Source: Raillietiella orientalis
Taxonomy: Eukaryota
NCBI GenBank assembly: GCA_036172245.1
Contig: JAYWIR010000028.1
Coordinates: 1,054,001-1,118,000 of the forward strand
DNA: 64,000 nucleotides
Reading direction: 5' to 3'
Of the stretch, positions 26,101 through 38,100 are shown piece after piece. Under the pieces are notes generated by a model. The model ran no database searches. It was not told where the DNA came from and saw nothing but the letters and a program-made list of their open reading frames with translations. The first letter of the stretch is position 1. The number at the start of each line of letters is the position of its first letter. The translations under genes were made by a program, and so were the position numbers.

Positions 26101-29100
26101 GGAGAACGTCAGGCTGCTGTAAGCCTAAGCCTCCTGTGCTGAGCGGAAACGCAGAAATGTACTTTCAGGTCACTGAACAACAATCGCATCACGTGCATCT
26201 CCCCCGGCACTTTTGACCACATGACGGCGCTTTCGACGCTGTAAGTTCTCCCGATCCCCGAGGCGTCGTCTCTGTGCCCACACACAACTCGAACCACCGT
26301 GGCTTCGTGCTGGGGAGGATCGCAGGCCGCGATCGTGGCATCTTTTCGAGCGTACTCGCAACCGTACTTTCGTCGCCCGTTTCCAGACACTTCCGTACGC
26401 GCGCCGAGCGCGGACGGTTGCGGATGCAACTCGGCGGATGTTTCGGGCGTGCGCGTACTTCGTTTTTCGTGCTGTGCGGACCATCGCGTACGCATGGCAG
26501 CAAGTGCTCGTCTCGCCAACCCATTCGTCTGGCAGCGTCCTCTTCCCTGGAGCACCCCCATGTTCCCGCAGAAGTCACGAGCTCACGTGAAGATGCGTCA
26601 CGTTGCGAAGCGATTTCGGCGCTTCCTCCTCCGGATCCCCGCACTCTTCGTCCCGTAGCACTTCGTGCTCGAAGGTAGACGCGTTGCATCTGGAAGGCGG
26701 CTGCGGCGTGCGCGGAGGTCGGTCGCTTTTGACTCTCCCTCCGGGTTTCCGAAAGCGGCTGAACAGATCCGCGGAATCGATCACGGAGTCCCGGTTGATT
26801 CTTCGTGGAATTTTCATCAAGAGCGGGGTTCTTCCCTGAACGCACGCTGTTTGTCTTTGCTTTCCGCGAAAAAAAAAAAAAAAAATTAGTGTTCCAACAC
26901 GCCATCTGCCTCGTGAACCGTGGATGACGCATGACGATTTCGGTTCGATGATTTGTGCACCAAGCAGAGTTTACTTGGGCCTCCTGAAAATCCACAATCG
27001 GGTCGCGTTCCTGTTGACGTGTACGAACGCACGGAGCTCTCTCGGAGGAACGAAAGGATGCATTTTGTGTGCTGCACTGCAGGGAGCGTCTGATTGCTTT
27101 GACCGCCCCCGTATGGATTCGCATGGATGCCTAGGAAGATGGCGTACCCTTTGGAGAAACTTGAATGATCAGTGCGCAGCGTCCTTCTTCAGCCTGTTCT
27201 GAAATCCGTTCGGGAAGACGTACTGGTGGCGTCGTGCAGCGAAAGATTTTGATGGAGAACCGGATAAGGCATGCAGGACCCCATCTCTTCGGATCGATAT
27301 TCCGCGCACCTCTTGAGCTTTAAGGCCGCGATTCCGCATCCCCACTTTTCTTCAGACCCGTGTGGCAGCTGCCTTCTTACTCTGGATCGGTTCTCAGAAA
27401 AGGGCATCAGCTGCCGTGGGGTAGGACCTCAGTCTGTTCCGAAGCGATACCGAAATGCTTTAATACCTTGGCGTTCTTTAAACGGCGCGACGCCTCTTCT
27501 TCGACCAAACTCCCCGCTTGCCTTCCTTCTGCACCTCTCCGTCCAGCTTGAGCTGGGCTGAGAGAGGTGTGCATCTTCTTCTCCGTACGGGAGAAAGTCG
27601 GCACATCCTCATCGACTTGCTCGTTCCGGTGCTCAGAAAGGAGACACGCCCATAGGCAGTCCACCGCCCTTCGTTGCTTGCTGGATCGATGTGAAAGTTT
27701 CGGATGCCGCAGAGCGCAAATCAGGGATTCAGAATGAGTCAGTCATGTGAGAAAGGAAGCGATAGTAGAGGGGGAAACCCCTGTCTGGATAACGGATCGG
27801 TGGTTTTCGTTCAGGCTACCTGCGCAAGACTTCTTTGGCCAGCATCTGAACAGGCCCAAGTAGAGGATGCTGGATGGAAGAGTGATTCCCCTTGCATTGA
27901 TTTTAGAATTTGGGAACTTGAAAAACACACACACACACATCGGAGGAGTTCCTTTTTGTCTTTTTCTTCGTCTCTCGATCCATGGAGGACTCACCCGATC
28001 GCGTGAAGTTGGATGCTCTTTCGGTCACGTGCCGCTATTGGCAGGAATTTCAAGAGTGTTGCTGAACGTTCGCACCGCCATCTCGACATGCCTGGTGACC
28101 GGGCATTTGTCCTCCGAAGGCGGAACGAACTCGACTTCGTCGATCGTTTTGAAAATCTTCCGGCTGGTCCACCGTGGATCGAGTCCGTCGGAAGGTCTGC
28201 GTGCTTTCGGAGCTCCATGCATCACGCGGCCCCGAAGGAAGAGGATCTGTTTGCCCGCTTTCAGCATCCGAAAGCGAAACGGCGTCACGTGCGAATGTCT
28301 TGTGACCAGTCCCCGCGCTTTCACTCCCTCACGCCCGACAGTTGGACCTGCGAACCCGTTCTCCGGTAGCGACCACCGTCGCTTGGCTGCTCGTGGCTAC
28401 AAAAGTCAAGCAGCACACGCGCTGGAGAGTGCGCTCGATAATCTGGAGCGTCAGCACCTTTCAACATGTCCCCGGCTGACCCAGAGGTCACCTCTTTTCT
28501 GCGAGCGTCTCTGGCCCGGACCTCTTGTTCAAGAAGAGCGCCGGAGCGCTGTTTCTCCAAAGAGGATAGCAGCCACCGAGAGAATCGTGGTCGTCAGTTC
28601 TGAGGGTTCCCTTTTTTCGTGTTGGACAAAATGGGAGCAAGCAGGGCAAACCACACGGCGCACCCACGAGGTGTCAGCTCGACATGTTTCGTCACTTGGT
28701 GTTTTTTTGCCGGTTGCCATCGAGGTCACGTCCCTCAGGAAGCGGGGCTCCTTTTGGCCTGGGGGAGCCATCATGATCTCGGCGGCTGTAGAAAGCGGCC
28801 AGGAAAGGCAAGGGAAAGTGTAAGGTGAGAGAAGTCCTCAAAGAATAGTCAAGGACTTCTCCTCTCCCTCTCATAATCCCTATTCTTCCTTTTCCTTTCC
28901 CCGAGGATCGCAGTGTTACCGAAGTGAGCCCGAGTTCAGAGGAGAAGAAGCAGCAGGACAGCTTCGTCGTTTCTTGTGCGCGTCCATACCCTCCCACGCG
29001 GTCGCCGGCCGCTCATCCATCGGCATTCCCCTTGTCCGAGGAATTGCCTCCGGGAGTTCTGCGAGTTCTGCGAGCGGAGTCCCCACCACCCGACCGTTCC

Positions 29101-32100
29101 TTGTGCTCAGGGGCGTCCAGGAACCAAGTGCGTTTTCCTCCCGCCAAGCTGTCGTGCGTGGCCACCGCGCTGGAATGCCTTCCGGAAATCCGCTTTACAA
29201 TCACCCCGTCAAGACAAACACAACCAGGGCAAACGCAAGATTTCCAGCTCCCGTACTCCCTAAGGGCACTACCGCGTGGGTTGAGCTTGGAACGGCAGAC
29301 GCCGCCGTGACCCGTGTGGGCACTGCCACCGACCTCTGCTTTCTGGAAACGGAGGGAGCAAAGGGAGGGAAAAGGCGGAGGAAAAAGTGCGCGCGGCGGC
29401 GAGGTGGCGCACCGCTAGCTGGAGATGGGGGGAAGGGGGAGGAGGCGATGCCCCATTTCTGAACTCACATGTGGGTCAGCGACTGGAGGTCCCTGAAGGT
29501 CTCCTGATCGATCATGGACACATCGTTTGAGTGCAGCGACCTACGGTCAGCACACACAAAAAAAAGGATGGGGGGTCGGGAAAAAACCTCGGCGGAGGTC
29601 ACACTCGGCGGCAGAGGCTGCGCCACATAAAGGATGCGGAGATCCCTCCGTCTGTTTTGGAATGCACCCCCGAGAATCGAGATGGGCGGAGCGTCGTGCC
29701 TCCCTGCAGGCATGTGGAAAGGCAAACGGAAAATAGCTGCTGATGAGGCCGCGGTGCGCTTTCGGCGGCTGCTTCAGGGCACCCCGTGCGGAGCTGGAGG
29801 TCCCCATGGCACGCGCGTACACCTGCACGCTCCCATCCTGGCTACTCCTGGCGCGTGCAGCAAGGAAATCATCCAGGAACCCGGCTGCGAGTGCAAGCTA
29901 GCGGAAGAACGAGGGAGTCGTCTGCTGCACGTACACGGCTCCTCGCTCGCTGATGTCGGGTGTTTGCCGTACTCGGAGGTGTACAACAAGCAGACCGAGC
30001 GAGGAAACAAGGGATGGGCTTCCCAGGCGCTGCCGCCTCTCGGGTAGACTGCTGAGTTGCTTTCCTCAGCAGGGATTAAGAAAGGGACGATTAGGAAAAA
30101 AGGTCCACGAGGGAGAGTGAGCGGTCACTCCCTCCGTCGGTGCTCCGCCCAAAAGGAGGAGGACCGAGGAAACAAAAAGACTGGTGGCCTAGCGTTTACC
30201 AGTCTTCTTTTCCGCATCACCCTCTTCTCCCCTCTCCCTTTTTTTTTCTTTTCATTCTCTTCCACTTCCTCTCACTCATCGCCATATTCCTCTTCCTCCT
30301 GCTGATCCTCCTCATCCTTATCGACGCCCCTTCTCAGCGAGCAGATGGTCAGGAAAGCAGATGCCCCCGCTCCATGCTGCCTTCCTGCCACCCCGTGGCA
30401 GCTGGGAAGCCGTCTTCGGCGTGAGGAGGTGCCGTGTCAATTTCCTAGGTGCAGGAGAGTCGTTCCCTCTAGGCGCGTCCTCCATCTGCTACGCGCGGAG
30501 GGGCAGTGCCACTCCGAGCGGCGCCAGCGCACGGTCCTATTGCTCGCCGGCTTTCGTCTCTGTAGCGAGGGTCCGCCGAATTTTCCGGAACGGAGCTCCC
30601 TCCCGAGCGGTTCGCCACTCCCCCTCTTCCTCCCTCTCGGAAGGCCTCCGCCAAACCGATCCCGTCTCTTGCGTTCCAGCAACCTCCAAGGAAACTCGTT
30701 TCACTGCAACTGCCACCTGGCCTGGTTCTCGGATTGGCTGAAGAGGAGGGAGATCTTGACAGGCATACCCAAGTGCGAGTACCCCCTCAGGCTCAAGGGC
30801 GTGCCCATCCAGGACGTGCCTGCCCAGGAGTTCCGCTGCTCAAGTAAGTTCCTACCTCCCTCGTTCGCGACTTGCGTCGACGCGCTCTGCTGGCTTACGT
30901 GTGCGGTGGACGCGCAACGACGGAGGTGAGATGCGCCACAGACGGCGCTCTAGGTCCGTCTCACCACCATTGGGGCGCCGCGGCGGCTCCGCTTTCTGAG
31001 GTTCCCTTCGTTTCCGATCCCAGGGAGAACAGGGAGAGGAGAGACTCTCCCTGAGGGAGGTCACCTTGACGACTGCTCAAAGCCTACGGGAAAGGCAACA
31101 GAAGTTGTACAAACGCGAGATGCCTCCCGTAGGTCGCCAACGCAATCGGGTCGGCTCCTCTCGTGCTCTTCACGCGTTGCCCCTACTGCTCCCCTCCCGT
31201 TCCATCGCAGCCCACCACGCGAAAGTCGTGTTACAGGTTGGACTGCAGAGAAGGCGGGATGCCCCTCCCCTCTTTCCCCTTTGTCCATAGGTCAGGATTC
31301 GGTCGGAAAGGTCTGCCGAACTCGGGAGCACGCAGTCTCCCTCGCTTCCTCAGGCGCTTTCCTGCGAGAGCGGTTCCCGAATCCTGCCGACCTGGAGAAT
31401 GAACTCCCCCTCCCTCTTTTCCGTCCCTCTTTTTCGCTCTGCTTTCTCCCAGAAGGCGGCGACCAGACCTGCCGGGGAGAAGGTTACTGCCCTCCGAAAT
31501 GCAGCTGCCTCAACGGCATCGTTCGATGTAGCCGCGCCTCCCTGAAGGACGTTCCCGAGGACATCCCTTTCGACACCAAGGAACTGTAAGGGGGCTTCTC
31601 CCTCCCTTCGCAGGATCCAAGAACCTACTCCTACTCTCCCCCCAGGTATCTAGACGCGAACGACATCTCCAGCATCCGACCGGAGAGACTGAGCTACCTG
31701 CCGTACCTGTCGAGTCTGTGAGTGGGGGAGGGCGAACTGGGGGAGTCCAGCCAACACCGGCGATCGCCTTCCAGCGATCTGAGCAACAACAACATCACGG
31801 TGCTCCAGGACAACGCGTTCAGGAATCTGACCCTCCTGTCGACGCTGTGAGTATCAGGAAGCCACGGTACCACCACCCATTCCATCCCCTTCCTCACATC
31901 TTCCTTCTTTTTTTTTTTTTTTATCTTCATCCGCTTCCTCCTCAACACCATCATCTTCATCGGCATCATCTTCTTCCTCCTCCCTCTCCTCCTTTTCCCA
32001 CTCATCGTCTTCCTCATCCTTTATCCCTCCTTCTCCTCCTCCTGTTCGCTGAGCGAGTGACTTCCGGGTTGCACCTCCCCCGATGGACCCGCCTGAGCCC

Positions 32101-35100
32101 TTCCTTTGCCTTTCCTTTCCACCGCGGAGGCTCCTTCGTGGTCCGCCGCACCCTTCCTCGGGACCTTTTTTTTTTTATGTGATTTCCCTGCCGTGCCGCC
32201 ATCCACCCCGCATTCCTCCCTCTCCCCCACGGGCAGCGATCCGCACACCTTTGCACTCTTCCGTCTCTTCCAGGATCATCAGCTACAATAAGATCCAGTG
32301 CATCGAGAAGGACGCGTTCGCTGGGCTGAGGGATCTCCGCATCCTGTACGTGGCGCAGCCTCCGCCTGCGAGTGCGACCCCCGCCAAGCTTTTTCCTACC
32401 CCCCATCCTTTTTTTTTTGTGTTGCCCGTAGGTCGCTGCACTCAAACGACGTGTCCATGATCGAGCAGGAGACCTTCAGGGACCTCCAGTCGCTGACCCA
32501 CATGTGAGTTCAGAAACGGGGCATCGCCTCCTCCCCCTTCCCCCCATCTCCAGCTAGCGGTGCGCCACCTCGCCGCCGCGCGCGCTTTTTCCCCTGCATT
32601 TTTCCTCCCTTTGCTTCCTTCGTTTCCGGAAAGCGGAGGTCGGTGGCGGTTCCCACACGAGTGATGGCTGCGTTTTCCGTGTCCTCTAGTGGAGGATAGG
32701 GAAAGCCAGGGAGCTCCTTTCGTGAGGAAGAAGGGTCAGGAGGGTGCGGCGCCTCTGCTCCTCCTTCGTTTCTTCCCCCAGACACCGGATGGCCCGGTGG
32801 TCTTCAGAGCCGCTTCCAGATGAGGGCTTCTCCCTTCCCCTCGCTGCTACCCCTTAGGCAGCTTCAGCGGGTCGTTTCACCGGGTCGGGGAAGACGAGGA
32901 ACGGGTGTGAGGGAAGGTCACGAGGGGTATCCTTCCAAGGACCCTTTCACCCCTATGCGCGAACCTCGAGCTCACGCCCACAGGAGGGGAAGGAAGAGGG
33001 AAAGGAGGAAAGGTGGGTGCGGCCTCCTTTCAGGGGGTTGGTACCTACTCCGAGCGTGGTCAAGGGGTGTCCACCGGGGTGAGAGATGCGGGGGGAACCC
33101 CCCGCGCCACATGTCCGGGAGTGGAGGTGAGGAGGCGTCGCATCGAAGTCTCGCCGAAGAAACCGCGCGAGCGGGGCTGCTCGGCTCAAGGCGCGCGCCC
33201 ACATCGCCGCCCCCTTGGTGTGATGGTGTCAGCTGGGGATCAGGAGACCCAGAGCCCCGCTCTGCCGAGCTCCCATCGCAAGCCGCTTCTTCCGGGGAGC
33301 TTCACGGAGGATGTGGGAAGGCGCACGCTGCCGGTTCCTCCCTTCCCTCCATGCCTCATCTTCCTCCTCCTCTGCCTCATGGCCGCTGAGCTGACCAGCG
33401 CGGGTGACTTGGCCCCCCGGTGTCCCCTGACCGCAAAAGCTCCTGCTCGGGGCTGCCCTCGCGATGCCGAAAACCCAAGTCCCGTTCCCGCCTTCGACGA
33501 GATGCGGTTTGGGTAGGAGGAAAAGGAAGAGAAGGAGGAGGAGGAAGCAGATGGAGAGAAGAAAGAGGGGGGGAAAAAGGAAGATGAAGATGATGCTGAC
33601 GAATGGGAGGAGGAGGAGGGAGAAGAAAATGATGATGGTAGCAACGAAGAGGGGAAAGCGGATGAAAAGGATGAGCAGAAGGAAGAGGATGACCATGACG
33701 ATGACGATGATGATGAGGAGGAGGAGGATGCGAAGGAGGACGAGAAAAAAAAAGGAATATGTGGATAATGAGGAAGAGGAGGGGATGAGTGGTGGTCCCG
33801 TGGCTTCCCGACATTCACAACGTCGACAGGCGGGTCAGATCCCTGAACGCTTTGCCCTGGAGCACCGTGATGTTGTTGTTGCTTAGATCGCTGGAAGGCG
33901 ATCGCCGGTGTTGACAGGACTCTCCCACTCACAGACTCGACAGGTATGTCAGGTAGCTCAGAGCCTCTCCGGTCGGATGCTGCTCTCCGTTTCTCAGACC
34001 CTCCTGTTCGGGTTTTGTGCCAAGATGGCCTCTTCTGGAAGCGGTTGCTCTCATCTGCCTTGAGAGGATCTCCGACTCGCTGCGAGGAGTGATCCTCCCT
34101 TTTTTCTTGTTTTGGGCGTATGCTCAAACCCTTCTTTTCCCTTGTCCTCCCTGATTCATCCGTTGCTGGGAAAACCGCACCCTCCTTCAGTCCTCTCCCT
34201 CCGCCATTTGCTTTTCTCCTCTTCTTCCTGTTTCGAGTGGAAAGCTCCTCTGGCCGCCGACAGGACCTCTTGCCTACGAGGACCCTCAGACCGACTACAT
34301 CCCCTTTCCCGTGGTCCTTCGACTAAAGGGGAATCGGCCCGTTGCGCGTGGCAGGCGGGAGGAATGAAGACGGACGGAAGCGTACGTGGGGATCGAGTTG
34401 GGGACTTCTCGCTTCCTTCCACGCTGTCTTCCTTGGGGAACTCCTCATTCCCCACTTCGCACTTTCCAACCCTTCTTTCCATCAAAAGGGGAAGATCGCC
34501 AGAGTGGCGTGGCGGCGAGAATTTTCCCCTTTCCGCTCGCAGGATGCAAAGAAGGGAGCAGTCATCCCGTTTGAGTATGAATAGGAGGCGGGACCTAGGG
34601 GATTTCCTGCTTCGCTGTCGCCTGAGGCGAAGATCTCACCTTCCCTCTCTTCCGCCCCCCGAAAGGCGCTTCACTGATAAAAAGAGAGGCAGGAGTGGAA
34701 GGGGAAAAAAACCTCTCCAACGGGGAAGAACAAGAGCGGAATGGTTCTTCTATATCTGTCTATCTATCGATAGGGGCTTCCGGACTCTATCGAGGGTGGG
34801 ATGGCGGGTTACGCGCGCGCGATTGCCCTCTTAAGAAATTCCCTGCCCCATCCCCCACTCCCTTCTCATTGGAGGTCTTCAGCGGCGCGTAACGGTGGCA
34901 TATGCGTCAGAGCGGTGCCTCCCCTACCACCAGTCCCACCGTCGTATCTCGATCTTCCAGAGTGCTGGGAGCGAACCCACTATACTGCGACTGCAACCTC
35001 AAGTGGCTGGGCGCCCTCGTAAAGGTGAACTTTGTGGAACCCGGCATAGCCAGATGCGCCGAACCTCCAACCATGAAAGACAAGCTGCTCCTGACCACGC

Positions 35101-38100
35101 CCACCAACATGTTCGTGTGCACCGGTGAGCAACTCCTTCATTGCCGCACGCTCGGCCCGATGGACTTCTTCCCCTCAGACGGGGGAGGTCTGCTTCCGCG
35201 CATGGCAAGAAGCACCTCCCCTGTGCTCGTACGCTTCCCGTTTGTTCTGTTTGTTTGTTGTTCGGCCCGTTCCGCTGACAACGTTTTTCACTGCCCCAAA
35301 CCTACGAGGTCTTTAGTTGTCTGGTGACGTCTCCGTTTAGCCCATCTGCATGCAGCATCCGTGCCTTCTTTTTCGCACGCAGATTCATTTGAGAAGCCTC
35401 GTTGGACGCTCCATTACTTCCTTGACAATTTTTGTGACCATCCTCGAGCCTTCCTCGTCAGATCAGGCAAACTTTTCCAGAGCTTCTCGGTTCCCTCTCT
35501 TCCGGGGCTAGAACGGATTTCTGAGTCTACCATCCTGTGGCGCAAGGAAGCTGCAGGATGCTGTGGAGATGACCTCGCTTCAGCTGCATGCTGGCATCGA
35601 GACCACTGATCTTCTCTTCCGTTATTCTTCTCTCCCGATAGTGATCCACCCGCTCTTCTTACAAGGTGTGGCTCTGCTCTTCTGTGCTTTGCGTACTGGA
35701 CGATCATTGTCTTCAGGGCTGTACTTACGTGTTCCCGTTGTTCCATCGCTTCGGTCTGATGAAGAGGATCCGTTTACCTGCCTCGTGCACAAGCCGCGGA
35801 GGAAGCGCGTGCGTGCTTTTCCTTTTTTCTTTACTCAGCTCGATGCCAAGGAGTGCTTTCTTCTCCCGGTCTTCGTTCTTCGAAGTAGCCATGGGCTCGT
35901 GTGCTCTCTTGAGGCTTTCTCGGTGATTTCCTCTGTAGAGCCTGGAATGAACCCTTCGAATTTGTTTGCGACAACTGACCAACTTCTCTTCACCGGGACT
36001 TTTCTTTGACCCCCTTCATGGATCATCGTCCACGCCATTCATCCAGAATACCATTTTCTTCCCTCTTGCTTTTTCATGGTCCGATGGATTTGGTTCTGTC
36101 TGCTTCCCCTTTTGTCTGTTCTTTGCCTGCTACCGTTCAACACCGGATGTTTCCGCCTTCGCTCCCGTGACTTCTTGTCTGGATTTTCATGATTCTATGC
36201 CTTCAGCACCCGTTCTTGCCAAGCCTGACTGTTGGGAAGAGGTCCGTGCACCTGCGGGAAGTGCACCTATTGCTTCTTCACCCGTTTCCAGTCTCCGAGC
36301 TTCTGAGGTTTCATCTCAGCCTTTCGGGGTACGGGCTAAGGGAGTTTGCGCCTTGAGCTCTGCGGCGCACCCGTTTCCCGATTCCTCCGGCCTCGAAGTG
36401 CTCCTTTCATCATGCTTCGCGCCGGTGCGGTCAGAAAATTGATTTCTCCAAACTGCCTTCTTTTTTTCTTTTCTTTTCTCGTGCCAGGACTTGTTCTATT
36501 CTGTTTAATTTTGCGCGCTCTCGTCCCAGATTTCACCAAGGATTTGATCCCTCGATGCGAATCGTTAATCCAAGAGACAACGCAGATGCTTCCCGAGCGG
36601 CATTCGCTCTAGTAGTCAGCGCTCGAGCAGGAAAAGTCTCTCCCTCGCTATGTGTTGTGAATGGATGCCGATTCGTTGCCAAGTCACCGTCAGTTGGTCA
36701 TTACGACCGTCTCCAAACAAACTTACAGTCGAAGAAAAAAAGAAGAAAACAAAGCTGGGCAGAGATTTGGTGAACTCATCTCGTGTCTGCATGTTAATGC
36801 ATCGCTTCATGGGATCCTTGTCTATGTTCCATGATTTAAAGACATCGTTAAACAGTGTTGTAGGGGGGCCGAGGGAACACATACTGTGCAATACACGAAA
36901 GATAGATCATCCCAAGCTGTAAAATGTAGGTGTTGGTGGACTTTGGGCGGCCTCGTTGTTGTTGCTATTTTTTGTGGGGCGTTTTTTTTTTTTTCTTTCT
37001 TTTTGTTTGGAAGAAGAAAATTGGTGATTGCATCACCGATAAGTACGAAAACACGTCGAAAGATGAAGCAGGATGAGTTTTCCAATACCGCAGCCGTGTA
37101 GGCGTTTATGCAACCGCGAGGATCGCGCACCATCGCTGTAAAGAAACGTTGATGAAAATCTTCTTATTGCAATAGAGATGCCCGCAAAAGTTTGTGATGG
37201 TCTCTTCTTGGATTGCGTGCATCTCTTTGCAAGAGAAAGCAGAGAACCCGAAAAATGCCTCTCTCGGCAAGAGGTGGGTTCCTCGACTAGCGAGGACCAC
37301 AGCAGCGCGAATTCGCTTGGGTGCCGACGCAAAAGAGTTCGGTTTTTCGCGGCGCGGTCGTGGACATTGGACATTGGTCGGATGCGTTGCTTTTCCTTTT
37401 TTTCAATTCAGGAGCGGAAGCGGAGTGGAGCAGGGGGGATCGCCCGTCGGCAACCTTCCATCTTCAATGTTAAAACCAACAGACTCCTTATGTTCGGAAT
37501 TTTCAAGTGAGAGCACCGGGGGAAACAGGAGGAACCTGAATACGACTGCGGACCGATTGACGATTCTGCAACACGAAGCAGATAATCGCTTGCCTGTCGC
37601 GTGATGATGGGATGAAAGGAAAGCTGAGCCTCTCTTTGGAGCGTACTGCCTTGACCACGACGTGACCACTTTTGATTAAGGGCGAAAGTGAAGCGATTCC
37701 CGGCAACCGCTTGGGCACAGTTTGTTTTCTCGCGTTTGCCAGGTCGGTGTTCCTGCCTCAGATCTTCGATTCGGCCTTCGAAGTGCGACCGGAAGAACGT
37801 TCAAAAAAAAAGTGATTTCGTTAGTAAACGCGAGGATATTTCACGTTGTGAAACGGAACCTGGAGCGAGTCCAACGTCACCGAAGAAGTGTGTGGGACGA
37901 CATTCCTTCCTTCGTTCCTCCTTCGTTACGGAGTGACGTCATGCTGTCACGTGAACGAACGCTGAAATGTTGGATGGATATGTGGAAAGACCTGGAAAAC
38001 TTGTATGACTCGGGAGTCTCATATTTCGGTCATCTTCCGAGGTTCCAGACACTTTGGCAGTGGAACATCGACAGAAGGCATTTCTGCCAAATTACGAGAG

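Noticed and set aside
33229..33886. Hydrophobic, poly-Ser and poly-Arg ORFs
   Set aside because: Artefacts of the GAG/GAT-rich low-complexity part of the inverted copy B'.
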